IMG/VR virus record: IMGVR_UViG_3300028569_002232
Coordinates: 1 to 46,615 of that record
Source of the DNA: a virus
Lineage: Duplodnaviria > Caudoviricetes
Reading direction: 5' to 3' (one strand)
DNA length: 46,615 bases
Shown: one piece after another, positions 1 through 10,132 of the stretch
Layout of the letters: each line of letters opens with the position of its first letter
Position numbering within the stretch: position 1 is the first letter of the stretch
Notes under the pieces: generated by a model
The model's input: only the letters and a program-made list of their open reading frames with translations
Told to the model about the DNA's origin: nothing
Databases searched by the model: none
Made by a program: the position numbers and the translations under genes

Positions 1-10
1 TGATTTTTAA

Positions 11-244
11 AAAAAAATTAAAGAAAAAAAAGCAAAAGAAGACGCAGAAAAGCAAGCAAATATAGAGCCAGTTATAGAACAGATTGCTCAACCAATTGTT
101 GAAGACAAAGTAGAAACCCCAATAGCAGAAGTAAGATTAGAACCTTCAGTTTCAGAGCCTACCCATACAGCAGTAACAGCACCAGATGAAGCTGTTAATG
201 AAGTAAAGATAGAAGAAACGAAGACCGAAGAAGTTAAGAATTAA
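11..244 (+). CDS. 3' end of an acidic, low-complexity hypothetical protein (partial)
   Basis: Open frame KKIKEKKAKEDAEKQANIEPVIEQ...EETKTEEVKN* ends at TAA 242-244. An in-frame TAA at 8-10 lies at a T/A homopolymer boundary near the window edge, so the 5' end is uncertain. Confidence 0.45.
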   Translation, partial: KKIKEKKAKEDAEKQANIEPVIEQIAQPIVEDKVETPIAEVRLEPSVSEPTHTAVTAPDEAVNEVKIEETKTEEVKN

Positions 245-247
245 ATA

Positions 248-276
248 TTGACTTAAAACATAATATCAAATATAAT
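248..276 (+). promoter_or_regulatory. sigma70-type promoter for the glycan cluster
   Basis: TTGACT (248-253), 17 nt spacer, TATAAT (271-276), intergenic. Confidence 0.75.
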
Positions 277-304
277 CTAAAAGAAGGTATATTAGATATA
301 TTTA

Positions 305-679
305 ATGAAATCAATAGAGATAAGAAAACCACTTAAAAATGTAACTAAAGGCTGGGGTGAAGAGGTATGGATAGTTAATAACGATGAGTATTGTGGAAAA
401 ATATTAAAGTTTAATAATGGTGCAAGATTCTCTATGCATTATCATATTAATAAAGAAGAAACCTTTTTTGTATCTAAAGGCAAGCTTTCGTTAAAATCAA
501 TTAATCTAGAAAATGCCGAAGAATTCACAAAAGAAATTAATGCTGGAGATGTAGTTGATATTCCAAGGTTTGCACCTCACCAATTAACAGCTTTAGAGGA
601 TAGTGAAATAATCGAATTCTCTACTCATCACGAAGACTCTGATAGTTATAGAATAGCTAAAGGAGATAGCCAAAAATGA
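305..679 (+). CDS. cupin-fold protein (sugar isomerase-like)
   Basis: KGWGEE start motif, cupin motif 1 SMHYHINKEETF and motif 2 GDVVDIPRFAPHQL. Confidence 0.75.
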   Translation: MKSIEIRKPLKNVTKGWGEEVWIVNNDEYCGKILKFNNGARFSMHYHINKEETFFVSKGKLSLKSINLENAEEFTKEINAGDVVDIPRFAPHQLTALEDSEIIEFSTHHEDSDSYRIAKGDSQK

Positions 680-1617
680 ATATAGCAGTAAGACTAGAAG
701 GTGGTTTAGGAGACTGCTTACTTGGCAATAGATTCGTTCCAGCTATAAAAGAAAAATACAAAGAAGCCTCTATAACAGCTTATATAGATAGCGAAGGTAA
801 AACCTTCCAGAAAGAAGGATTGAGCATTCTATACCCATCTATGTATAAAGATATCAATATTATACAAAAGAAGAAATATAAGCCATTTTGGGTAGATTGT
901 CAATTTGGCACAGATAATTATTATGGTGCTTTAGAGAATGTTCCAGATAATGTGCAAGAAGAGTTTAAAACCTATGATAAGTTTTATGATCTTCATATAG
1001 ATTCATTAAAATGGATTGATATGGACTTTGATTGGTTAAGGTATTATAGGTTCTTTCCAAAGCCAGAATTAAAAATAAATAACATAAAAGGCGACTATAT
1101 AGTATTTCATCTCATATCCTCTACGTCAGCTGGGCATAGATTGGAAGATTGGTATCTTGAAAGACTAGTGAAAGAAACAGCGGAAAACCATAAAGTATAT
1201 TTAATATCTACCCCAGAAACAAATTACTTTTACGAAAAAATTAAAGATTTGCCTAACGTGCATTTATTCAATGGGACTATGCAAGAAGTTTGCGAATTAA
1301 TATCTAATGCAAAATTTATGCTTTCAACAGATAGCGGTTTTAGATATATTGCTTATGGATATGGAATACCTACATTAACTTATTCAAAACAGTCTTCTCA
1401 ACCATTCTCATCTATTCCTAGCCATCAAATGAGATGGTTGATGTTTCCAGAGACTTGCTTTCCATTGAATTATGATGCAATTCATATGGTTAAAATTATT
1501 AACAATATCATGGAGAATAAAGGATATATTCTAGCTCCTTATCTAGAAAATTTTAATAATCAAGCGGTTAAAAGAATTTATAAAATGAATACAGAAAAAA
1601 GTATAATCAATCCATGA
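676..1617 (+). CDS. GT9-like (heptosyltransferase-type, GT-B) glycosyltransferase
   Basis: N-terminal GGLGD motif and C-terminal STDSGFRYIAYGYGIPT motif. Confidence 0.75.
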   Translation: MNIAVRLEGGLGDCLLGNRFVPAIKEKYKEASITAYIDSEGKTFQKEGLSILYPSMYKDINIIQKKKYKPFWVDCQFGTDNYYGALENVPDNVQEEFKTYDKFYDLHIDSLKWIDMDFDWLRYYRFFPKPELKINNIKGDYIVFHLISSTSAGHRLEDWYLERLVKETAENHKVYLISTPETNYFYEKIKDLPNVHLFNGTMQEVCELISNAKFMLSTDSGFRYIAYGYGIPTLTYSKQSSQPFSSIPSHQMRWLMFPETCFPLNYDAIHMVKIINNIMENKGYILAPYLENFNNQAVKRIYKMNTEKSIINP

Positions 1618-2414
1618 TTACAACCTTTTATTTTGGTGCATCAACTCAAGCTTCTCCAGATAGTTGTATTCACAAAGCAAGAGGAAATACCATTTGCAAG
1701 CATGCTGAATTTATTAACATATGGTACGATTATGCAAGATATGTTTATGGGCCAAAAGAGCATCTTTATATTGTAGACAACGCTTCGCCAATTGAGTTTA
1801 ATAAAGTATTTGACACTTCTAAAGAACAAATTGAATTTCTAGATGAAGATCAATACTCTTTTAATCCAAATGTTTTCATTCATGTAAAAAGATTTAATAA
1901 ACAATTGAATCATGGAGGAGGAGTAGTCAGAGGTAATTGGGAAGGTTTTAAATTTTCAATAGCTAATAATTCAAATTATTATTTTACAGAATCAGATTCG
2001 CTATCTTTAGTTAACTTAAAAAATGAATTAATTGATTACGATATTATCACAAGTAATATAGAGGATGGTAATAATGGATGTATTGATTGCTCTAATTGGG
2101 CATTAAGAAAAGAATTGTTAACAGATGAAGTTATGAAAGTCAAAGATTGTTATGGATGTAATGAGTTAAGCGTATTTGATTCATTAGATCAATCTATAAA
2201 AAATAATGGAATCTGCACAACACAACCAAACTATCAATATTACGGAGCAATAGAACATGGCCCATATATCAATTATCATCAAAAATATAAGATAAAAAAG
2301 ATACAAGGTGATATCATACATGACGTTGATCTACATCAATTAAAAGATTTTATTCTAAAAACAAATGATAGAGTAGGATCTGAATTTGCTAAAGAATACA
2401 TAAGGAACATATAA
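1614..2414 (+). CDS. hypothetical protein, possibly a GT-A fold glycosyltransferase
   Basis: IVDNASP (GT2-like) and FTESD motifs; coupled by ATGA overlap within the glycan cluster. Confidence 0.4.
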   Translation: MITTFYFGASTQASPDSCIHKARGNTICKHAEFINIWYDYARYVYGPKEHLYIVDNASPIEFNKVFDTSKEQIEFLDEDQYSFNPNVFIHVKRFNKQLNHGGGVVRGNWEGFKFSIANNSNYYFTESDSLSLVNLKNELIDYDIITSNIEDGNNGCIDCSNWALRKELLTDEVMKVKDCYGCNELSVFDSLDQSIKNNGICTTQPNYQYYGAIEHGPYINYHQKYKIKKIQGDIIHDVDLHQLKDFILKTNDRVGSEFAKEYIRNI

Positions 2415-2416
2415 AC

Positions 2417-3022
2417 ATGAAAAGTAATCTTGGAGATGTTTTTAATAAAAGTTCTGAAATAAGCATGAGCTTTGATGTATTAAGACCAAATGGAGCAGCA
2501 ATAGATATTCCTCATGGAGTCTTGATTCTAGGAGCGCTTATGTCATCTAAACCTCAAAGCATAGTAGAGCTAGGCATAGGCACTGGTTTTGTAACGAGTT
2601 TGATTCTTCAAGGCATAGAATACAATAACATAGGAGAATTAACTTGCGTAGATAATCTTCATGATTTTGGTGGGCATTTAAAACCAGAGATTCTAGAAAA
2701 CTTAAAGAAAACAAACGCTAAAATTCTTGCCCCTATGCAAGAAAAAGAATTTGTTTACCAAGCCGAAAATAATTCATATGATTTTTTAGTTTCTGATGCT
2801 GATCATTTTCATGCAGGAGCTTGGGCAGAAGAAATTTTTAGAATCATGAAGCCAGATTCATTTATGTTTTTTCACGATGTTAATCCAAGAGATTTTCCAA
2901 ATCTGATGAGATATAAAACACTATCAGACGAACTAGGAAAGCCAAATTTTCTTTTTACAAAATGTTCAAGGAATGATGAAATTTGTGAAAGAGGATTATT
3001 AATGGTCGTAAATAAAAAATAA
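2417..3022 (+). CDS. class I SAM-dependent methyltransferase (Methyltransf_24-like)
   Basis: IVELGIGTG motif I, YDFLVSDADH and FFHD. Confidence 0.8.
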   Translation: MKSNLGDVFNKSSEISMSFDVLRPNGAAIDIPHGVLILGALMSSKPQSIVELGIGTGFVTSLILQGIEYNNIGELTCVDNLHDFGGHLKPEILENLKKTNAKILAPMQEKEFVYQAENNSYDFLVSDADHFHAGAWAEEIFRIMKPDSFMFFHDVNPRDFPNLMRYKTLSDELGKPNFLFTKCSRNDEICERGLLMVVNKK

Positions 3023-3027
3023 ATCTA

Positions 3028-3720
3028 ATGTCTATACCATCAGATAAAAAGATTTGCGTAGCTTCTATAGCAACTCCAGATATGAGAGAGCTATCAGAGA
3101 TCACGATAAACAATAAGATTGAGTATTGTCAAAAAAATAATTACGCTGGATGCTTCTTGACTCAAAGTGAAGCTTATCTTGGTTTCGATAAAATACTATT
3201 CATAGAAGGTTTATTAAATACTGGCAAATATTCTTATGTTTACTGGTGTGATTGTGATACAATTTTTACTAATTTTAATAAAAAAATAGAAGACCTAATA
3301 GACGAGAATCATCATTTCTTTATCTGCACAGATTACTCTCAAAACATTAATGCTGGAGTTTTCATCTTTAAAAATTCAAAAGAAGGTATGGAATATTTAA
3401 AAGAAGTAAAAGAAAAGATGTACGAACTAGCACCACAAAATAAATTTAAATTTGGCGAAGAGCAAACAGCTATAATGGAAACCTATAAAGATGCCAAGTA
3501 CAAAGATATCATTAAAATACTACCACAAAAATCAATGAATTCATATCCATATAGTGATAAAGAAGTAAGAGATCATAATGGAACATATCTTGATTCACTA
3601 AAGACCAATGGAGACTGGACAAATGATGACTTAATGATTCATATTCCTGGATTTGGTAAAGACTTTTATCGAAAGCTAGTAAGCCACTTTAGATCTTATA
3701 TTCAGAAAGTAATAAAATAA
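3028..3720 (+). CDS. GT34-like (GMA12/MNN10 family) glycosyltransferase
   Basis: WCDCD DxD motif, INAGVFIFKN, EQTAI and DWTNDDLMIHIPG. Confidence 0.75.
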   Translation: MSIPSDKKICVASIATPDMRELSEITINNKIEYCQKNNYAGCFLTQSEAYLGFDKILFIEGLLNTGKYSYVYWCDCDTIFTNFNKKIEDLIDENHHFFICTDYSQNINAGVFIFKNSKEGMEYLKEVKEKMYELAPQNKFKFGEEQTAIMETYKDAKYKDIIKILPQKSMNSYPYSDKEVRDHNGTYLDSLKTNGDWTNDDLMIHIPGFGKDFYRKLVSHFRSYIQKVIK

Positions 3721-4379
3721 TGAAGAACTTCTTTAAAAGATATGAGAATGGAGATAGACCATTAGGATCTAGACTTGCTACAATGAAGATTGCGTTAAGT
3801 TTGCTTGACAGGAGTAAGCATAATAATTTCGTAGAAACTGGGACAACAAGAAAAAACTACCTTAATTGCCCTAATATAGAAGATCGAGCTGCAGATGGTG
3901 GATCTACATTAATTTTTTGCGACTATGTATCTAAATTTGGTGGACATGTTTGGACATGCGATATTGATTCAAATAATATAGAAAGTTGCAAAATTGCTAC
4001 AGAAGAATACAAAGACAATATAACTTATGTTGTAGATGATTCCTTGAATTTTCTAAACAATTTCAATCAATCAATAGATTTTCTATATCTAGATTCTTTA
4101 GATAGTTCATTTCCAAATGCTCATGAACATCAACTTAAAGAGATAGAATTTGCTTATAAAAATTTAACTAAAAATAGTATTATTCTTTTAGATGATTTAG
4201 GATCTAAGACGAACCTATCAATACCATTCTTAAAAGATAAAAATTGGTGTCAAATTTTAATAGATATACCAAAACCTTCTCATTATAACAATTTTCAACA
4301 AGGTATCTTTATTCATGAAGAAGCTCTGTATGTAAACCATTCTCTAATACCGATAGAGAAAAGATACAAAGACTCATGA
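3720..4379 (+). CDS. class I SAM-dependent methyltransferase (Methyltransf_24-like)
   Basis: VETGT, GGSTL, IDFLYLDS and ILLDD motifs. Confidence 0.75.
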   Translation: MKNFFKRYENGDRPLGSRLATMKIALSLLDRSKHNNFVETGTTRKNYLNCPNIEDRAADGGSTLIFCDYVSKFGGHVWTCDIDSNNIESCKIATEEYKDNITYVVDDSLNFLNNFNQSIDFLYLDSLDSSFPNAHEHQLKEIEFAYKNLTKNSIILLDDLGSKTNLSIPFLKDKNWCQILIDIPKPSHYNNFQQGIFIHEEALYVNHSLIPIEKRYKDS

Positions 4380-5083
4380 AAAAAGTAGCAATTCAACTAG
4401 CAGCAAATCCAAGATCATTCAAAAGATGTTATCCTTTCTTTAAAGCTAATATATTAGATACATTAAATCCAGATGTCTTTATTCATACTTGGAATTTAAA
4501 AGGTAAAGAAAGACCAGATGTTACGACTGATGGCTCTTGTGAAGAATATATAGAATTATATAAACCAAAAAAATTTACAATAGAAGATTTAGAATACAAC
4601 TACCAGCCACTTCAAACTATGGTTCCTCATTTTACTTCTAGATTCAAAGTCAATCAGTTGCGAAAAGAATACGAAAAAGAAAATGATATTAAATATGATG
4701 TAGTTGTTATGGGTAGGCCAGACGTAAAATTGATAAATAATCCACCAAAAAATAATTCACAAGTACTTGGATCTGAATTTAAAATGGAATATATTGATAT
4801 GGTTAAAGAAGATTCAATATGGATTCATCATTTTAAAGATGGAATTCCTTCAGATTACTTCTTTTATACTTCGCCAAAATGGATGGACATTAGCATAGGT
4901 GGATGTTATTCTAATTTAGATAAATTAAATATTTACAATCCTGGCTCAGAAAGATTATGGTGGCACATCCTCCAGGAAAATAATTTCAAAAGAGAATGGT
5001 TTAAATATTATGGAAACTCTATTCATGACCAAGATCATATAGATAATTCTTTTAGACTTTTTGACATAGAATGCGTAAGATAA
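4376..5083 (+). CDS. putative glycosyltransferase
   Basis: KVAIQLAANPR, DVFIHTW and YDVVVMGRPD pattern, which I recognise from putative viral glycosyltransferases; cluster context. Confidence 0.55.
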   Translation: MKKVAIQLAANPRSFKRCYPFFKANILDTLNPDVFIHTWNLKGKERPDVTTDGSCEEYIELYKPKKFTIEDLEYNYQPLQTMVPHFTSRFKVNQLRKEYEKENDIKYDVVVMGRPDVKLINNPPKNNSQVLGSEFKMEYIDMVKEDSIWIHHFKDGIPSDYFFYTSPKWMDISIGGCYSNLDKLNIYNPGSERLWWHILQENNFKREWFKYYGNSIHDQDHIDNSFRLFDIECVR

Positions 5084-5088
5084 GAATA

Positions 5089-5724
5089 ATGAAAAATATA
5101 CAAGATATCGTCAATTTAGCAAAAACATACAAATCGAATAATTATTCTAATAATATTAGGAGTGTACTAACAGACCATATGTTATATAAAGTAGCAGAAG
5201 TATGTTTAAATTCATTAGAAATCGAAGGCGATATCGCAGAAGTTGGAGTTTGGAGAGGCTCTGTTGGCATAATCTTTGGAGAAATATTTAAAAATAAAGA
5301 TGTTTATCTTTTTGACACTTTTGAAGGAATACCATACTCGAATGAATTTGACAATATTCATAGGGTTGGAGATTTTGGAAAAGGAGATAGAGATCCAGCA
5401 TATTATTCTTCATTTGAAGAAGTACAAAATACATTATCTATTTACGATAAGATAAAAATATATAAAGGAATTTTCCCAATTGAAACATCGCAAATAATTT
5501 CTGATAAAAAATTTGCACTGGTCCATTTAGATGTAGATGTTTATCAATCGTATAAAGAATCCTTAGAATTTTTCTACCCAAGAATGAATAAAGATGGTCT
5601 AATATTACTTGATGATTACAATATTCCAAGTTGTGAAGGAGCGACTAAAGCGGTAAATGAATTTTGCAAAAAACATAATATACAAATAATAAATTTTGAT
5701 AATTTATTCTACATAAAAAAATGA
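5089..5724 (+). CDS. TylF/MycF/NovP-family sugar O-methyltransferase
   Basis: GDIAEVGVWRG, LFDTFEG, VHLDVDVYQS and LDDY motifs. Start placed at ATG 5089; the ORF track opens at 5071. Confidence 0.85.
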   Translation: MKNIQDIVNLAKTYKSNNYSNNIRSVLTDHMLYKVAEVCLNSLEIEGDIAEVGVWRGSVGIIFGEIFKNKDVYLFDTFEGIPYSNEFDNIHRVGDFGKGDRDPAYYSSFEEVQNTLSIYDKIKIYKGIFPIETSQIISDKKFALVHLDVDVYQSYKESLEFFYPRMNKDGLILLDDYNIPSCEGATKAVNEFCKKHNIQIINFDNLFYIKK

Positions 5725-5782
5725 ACTACGAAAATTTCTACAAAACGTATGGTCATTCATATGATGAATAATCTGTAAATTT

Positions 5783-6442
5783 ATGAGTAATAATTTTTTA
5801 GACTACAATCACCCACTTCAAACTATTGACTCTTATGTTCCAGGAGCAAGAAATACTAAACATCAGGGAGGAACACTTTTTTTTAACCTATGGATGAGTC
5901 AGAACCAAAACGGGCCAATAGTATTTGATACTATTTTTAAACATTTTATAAATAGCGATATTAGAATTGGAAGAATTATTGAATTAGGAACTGCCCACGG
6001 AGGACTATCTGTTCTATTTGGAATGTTTGCTTGCTCCTATGGATGCAAGTATATTACCTATGATATACACGACACGCCAAACTACAAAGATTTATTTAGA
6101 AGGTTAGACATTGACTTTAGAAAAAAAGACATTTTTGCAAATGAAAACGAGATTGCCGAGGAAATAAAAAAAGAAGATATAACCATCATATTTTGTGACG
6201 GCGGAGATAAAATAAAAGAATTTAATATTTTCTCAAAGTATTTAAAAAAAGGAGACGTTATTCTTGCTCACGACTACGCGCAAGATGATGAATTTTATAA
6301 AAACTATTGTCAGAATAACATATGGTCATTTTATGAAATAAATTATAATGCAATAAAAGACTCTGTAGAAAAGAATAACTTGATCCCGTTTTTAGATGAC
6401 GTTAGCGCCAAAGCAGCCATTTGCTCTTTTCAAAAAGTTTAA
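5783..6442 (+). CDS. SAM-dependent methyltransferase (CmcI/rhamnosyl O-methyltransferase-like)
   Basis: IIELGTAHGG, FCDGG and GDVILAHD motifs. Confidence 0.7.
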   Translation: MSNNFLDYNHPLQTIDSYVPGARNTKHQGGTLFFNLWMSQNQNGPIVFDTIFKHFINSDIRIGRIIELGTAHGGLSVLFGMFACSYGCKYITYDIHDTPNYKDLFRRLDIDFRKKDIFANENEIAEEIKKEDITIIFCDGGDKIKEFNIFSKYLKKGDVILAHDYAQDDEFYKNYCQNNIWSFYEINYNAIKDSVEKNNLIPFLDDVSAKAAICSFQKV

Positions 6443-6444
6443 TA

Positions 6445-7263
6445 ATGAAAAAGGCTATTGGATTCTTGGGTGGCCAATTTGGAGATATAATTACTACAAT
6501 TGGCGTGCAAAAAGTCTTTAGCGAAGACTATCCAGAATATGAGCTTACTCTAGGTATATCAAGAAAATATGCAGATATTGCTCCTTTATTCTACAATCAA
6601 AAATATATAAAAGACGTTCATATTTGGGAAGGATACGATAATGCTTGGCCTACAGAAAATGATAAAAAATTTATAGAAATAAATAAATATGATATAGTTT
6701 TCAATCCAATGCAGGGAGTAGGAGACTTGAATTGGTATAATAAGATTCATCAAGTATCTTTATGTTGCCAAAGATACGGATTTAGACTTCCAGAATCAGA
6801 TAAGGTATCTTTAATAAATCATTTAGATGTTTTAGATGAATATAAGAATTATATATGTTTGTCAATTTTTCCTAACAACGGAGAAGGAATTAAATCATTC
6901 TCTATAAATAAAGCTCAAAATCTTGTAGATTCGATTAAAAAAATGGGATTTAAGATCCTTCAATTATGTGGCCCTAAAGATCCTATTCTTAAAGAAGTGG
7001 AAGCGATAAGAAAACCTTTTACCGAAGCAGTTCAAATAATGAATTCTTGTAAATTATTGATTACTGGTGATACCAGTATGAGTTGGGTTAGTTCGGCGTA
7101 CAACACTTTAACTTTAGGCGTATATGCTTACGCATATCATGGAGGGGCTTCGACTTCTAAGAATTGGCAACCAGTAAATGCAAATGCAAAATATTTAGAA
7201 GCAGATATAGTAGACCATATTGAAAATGAGCGCATATTAGAAACTTTGAAAGGTTTAGTATGA
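6445..7263 (+). CDS. GT9-like glycosyltransferase
   Basis: GQFGD N-terminal motif and LLITGDTSMSWVSSAY motif. ATG at 6445. Confidence 0.7.
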   Translation: MKKAIGFLGGQFGDIITTIGVQKVFSEDYPEYELTLGISRKYADIAPLFYNQKYIKDVHIWEGYDNAWPTENDKKFIEINKYDIVFNPMQGVGDLNWYNKIHQVSLCCQRYGFRLPESDKVSLINHLDVLDEYKNYICLSIFPNNGEGIKSFSINKAQNLVDSIKKMGFKILQLCGPKDPILKEVEAIRKPFTEAVQIMNSCKLLITGDTSMSWVSSAYNTLTLGVYAYAYHGGASTSKNWQPVNANAKYLEADIVDHIENERILETLKGLV

Positions 7264-8063
7264 TTATAGATTGTTTTCCATTTTTTAATGAACTAGATTT
7301 ATTAGAGATCAGATTAAATGTGCTTAATGATGTTGTAGATAAATTCGTTCTTGTAGAAGCTTCGAAAACTCAGTCTTTAATCGATAAGCCTTTTTATTTT
7401 GAAGAAAACAAAGACAGATATTCTAAATTTCTTGATAAAATAATTCATGTAAAAATTACTGATTATCCAAAAAAAGATGGATGGGCTATGGAAAATTATC
7501 AAAGAAATTGCATTGTTAAAGGACTACAACAATTAGAATTAAAAGAAGAAGACATAATCGGCGTTTCTGATTTAGATGAAATTTGGGCTCCAGAAATTAA
7601 AGATAAATTTGAAGAGTACTTTAAAGATATTAAATTTTTGTCAGTTGGGATGAAGTATTTAGTATTTTATCTTAATTTGGAAACCGTAGATAAAGCATGG
7701 ATTGGAACAATATTTGCAAAAGCTAAAGATTTAATTAATTATACTCCGCAAAATTTAAGGAATATAAAAGATCATGTTTCACACATTGAAGAAGCTGGAT
7801 GGCATTTTGGCTATCAGGGAGGTAAAGAGAAAGTTTATAATAAATACTTGTCTTGTATAGAGCCTTTAGACAAATCAAAAATTCCATCTAAAGAGGACTT
7901 TTTTAAGCAATTTGATGATAGAATAAAACATGAAGGATCTTTTATATATTCTGATGATATAAACGACACTTCAGTTAAATTAAATAAAATAAATGTAGAG
8001 GATAATCTACCTAAATACATATCATCCAATATAGATAAATACAATCACATGATACTATCATGA
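7260..8063 (+). CDS. GT17-like (MGAT3 family) glycosyltransferase
   Basis: DCFPFFNELDLLEIRL, ENYQRN, SDLDEI and GWHF motifs. Confidence 0.8.
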   Translation: MIIDCFPFFNELDLLEIRLNVLNDVVDKFVLVEASKTQSLIDKPFYFEENKDRYSKFLDKIIHVKITDYPKKDGWAMENYQRNCIVKGLQQLELKEEDIIGVSDLDEIWAPEIKDKFEEYFKDIKFLSVGMKYLVFYLNLETVDKAWIGTIFAKAKDLINYTPQNLRNIKDHVSHIEEAGWHFGYQGGKEKVYNKYLSCIEPLDKSKIPSKEDFFKQFDDRIKHEGSFIYSDDINDTSVKLNKINVEDNLPKYISSNIDKYNHMILS

Positions 8064-8926
8064 AAAAAATTGCTGTCTTAGGCTCAAAAGGCTATGTGGG
8101 TTCTAGATTTGTGTCTTTTCTTAAATCAAAAGATACAGAAGTTAACGAATTGTCAAGACAAAACGTAGATTTTTTAGATCAGAATAATTTGTTTTGGTTG
8201 TTAAAAGATATTAAACCAGACCACGTAATAAATGCTGCAGGATATACTGGTAAACCTAATGTCGACTCTTGTGAATATGATAAAGATAATTGTTGGAAGC
8301 AAAATGTAGACTTGCCGAAAAATATATCTAAAATATGCAATGATTTAAAAATTAAATATATACATGTATCGAGTGGCTGTATTTATAGCGGCAACAAGAA
8401 TGATCTAAAAGGCTTCTCAGAAGAAGACCAACCAAATTTCTCTTTTGATATACCGCCTTGCTCTTTCTACAGCGGTACAAAAGCTGAAGCAGAGAAAGCT
8501 TTAGCAAAAGATAAGAACGTATATATTTGCAGGTTAAGAGTTCCCTTTAGCCATAATTCAAATCAAAGGAACTACATTACAAAGTTGATGACCTATAATA
8601 AACTTTTAGATGTGCAAAATTCTTTATCTAATCTAGAAGAATTCATAGAAGCATGTTATCATTTAATATCAAAAGATTGTCCTACTGGAATTTATAATAT
8701 AACTAATACTGGATATGTTACTACCAAACAAGTTACTGAAATAATTAACAAATATATAACAAATAAAGAATTTAGCTTCTTCAAAAATGATGAAGAGTTT
8801 TACTCTACAGCTGCTCAAACTCCAAGATCTAATTGTGTTTTAAATAATGATAAATTAATGAGCACAGGCTTTAATATTAAAAATGTTCAAGACTCTCTTG
8901 AAAATGCAATTAAAAACTATAAATAA
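8060..8926 (+). CDS. NDP-4-keto-6-deoxysugar epimerase/reductase (RmlD-like, NRS/ER type)
   Basis: GSKGYVG Rossmann motif, AAGYTGKPNVDSCE, SSGCIY and catalytic YSGTK. Confidence 0.8.
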   Translation: MKKIAVLGSKGYVGSRFVSFLKSKDTEVNELSRQNVDFLDQNNLFWLLKDIKPDHVINAAGYTGKPNVDSCEYDKDNCWKQNVDLPKNISKICNDLKIKYIHVSSGCIYSGNKNDLKGFSEEDQPNFSFDIPPCSFYSGTKAEAEKALAKDKNVYICRLRVPFSHNSNQRNYITKLMTYNKLLDVQNSLSNLEEFIEACYHLISKDCPTGIYNITNTGYVTTKQVTEIINKYITNKEFSFFKNDEEFYSTAAQTPRSNCVLNNDKLMSTGFNIKNVQDSLENAIKNYK

Positions 8927-8955
8927 TTGAATTTATTGAAAATGTATACTAATAT
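8927..8955 (+). promoter_or_regulatory. sigma70-type promoter, probably giving a leaderless gmd transcript
   Basis: TTGAAT, 17 nt, TAATAT; ATG 6 nt downstream. Confidence 0.55.
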
Positions 8956-8961
8956 ATAAGT

Positions 8962-10125
8962 ATGAGCTATAACTTTCAAGAGACCTATTATGGTAAAAAG
9001 ATAGATACAGCAAATATATTAAATATTGATGATGCGAGTAAAGTGCTTGATGGTAGGAAAGTGGTAGTGATAACTGGGGTTACTGGTCAAGATGGCAGCC
9101 ATATGGCAGACTACCTATTAAAACACACAAATTATATAATATTTGGAGGAGTTAGAAGATTAAGCGTATATAATCATAATAATATAAAACATATTGATTC
9201 TGATCGGTTCTTTCTTATAAATTTCGATTTAACAGATGCTCACGCAATATCTAGAACTGTAGAAAAATTAAAACCAGATTATTTTATAAATTTTGCAGCG
9301 CAGAGTTTTGTCGCCAGTAGCTGGGATTTTGCTAGACAAACTTGGGCCACAAATTCTACTTCAGTTTTAGATATACTTGAAGCAATCAGACTGTATAAAC
9401 CAACTTGTAGATTATATCAGGCAGGCTCTAGTGAAGAGTTTGGAAATGTTAAGTATTCTCCTCAAGATGAAAATCATCCATTAAGGCCAAGAAGTCCTTA
9501 CGGAGCAAGTAAAGCTGCTTCTAGACAACTCATTAAAGTTTATAAAGACTCTTATAATCTTTACGCAATTCAAGGCTGGTTATTTAATCATGAAGGAGTT
9601 AGAAGAGGTGAGGAGTTCGTGACGAGAAAAATAACAAAAAAAGTAGCACAAATTTTTAATGCTATCAAAAATGAAGAGCCTTTTACTCCCTTGCAGTTGG
9701 GTAATGTAGATGCAAAAAGAGATTGGAGTGATGCAGAAGATTTTATTGATGGAGTATGGAGAATGCTCAATCAAGACAAGTATAATCCTAATTATGATGG
9801 CGATCCAAAAGAGTATGTTTTTTCTTCAAACAAAACTCATACGATTCGAGAGTTCGTTGAACTAGCCTTTGGTTTTTGCTACATGGTAGGATCTTGGAAA
9901 AATAAAACCCAAAGACCAGAAGATGAAAAGTTTTGCGCTTACATTAGAGATAAACTGGTTGTTCTCGTAGAGATTAATCCAAAGTTCTATAGACCAGCAG
10001 AAGTTCAAACACTATTAGGCGACTCAACAAAGGCTAGGAAAGAACTAGGTTGGAAACCTCATACTAGCTTTTCGACACTTGTAGAAAAGATGGTAAGAAA
10101 CGATTTAGAGTCCTACGAAGTGTAA
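8962..10125 (+). CDS. gmd: GDP-mannose 4,6-dehydratase
   Basis: ITGVTGQDGS, AAQSFV, SPYGASK, FNHEG.RRG.EFVTRKI, LGNVDAKRDW and RPAEV..LLGD motifs. Confidence 0.92.
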   Translation: MSYNFQETYYGKKIDTANILNIDDASKVLDGRKVVVITGVTGQDGSHMADYLLKHTNYIIFGGVRRLSVYNHNNIKHIDSDRFFLINFDLTDAHAISRTVEKLKPDYFINFAAQSFVASSWDFARQTWATNSTSVLDILEAIRLYKPTCRLYQAGSSEEFGNVKYSPQDENHPLRPRSPYGASKAASRQLIKVYKDSYNLYAIQGWLFNHEGVRRGEEFVTRKITKKVAQIFNAIKNEEPFTPLQLGNVDAKRDWSDAEDFIDGVWRMLNQDKYNPNYDGDPKEYVFSSNKTHTIREFVELAFGFCYMVGSWKNKTQRPEDEKFCAYIRDKLVVLVEINPKFYRPAEVQTLLGDSTKARKELGWKPHTSFSTLVEKMVRNDLESYEV

Positions 10126-10127
10126 AT
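10120..10127 (+). promoter_or_regulatory. GTGTAAWT motif (putative phage-specific promoter)
   Basis: GTGTAAAT starting 13 nt before the GTG start at 10133; the motif recurs upstream of four other genes. Confidence 0.45.
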
Positions 10128-10132
10128 TATAG

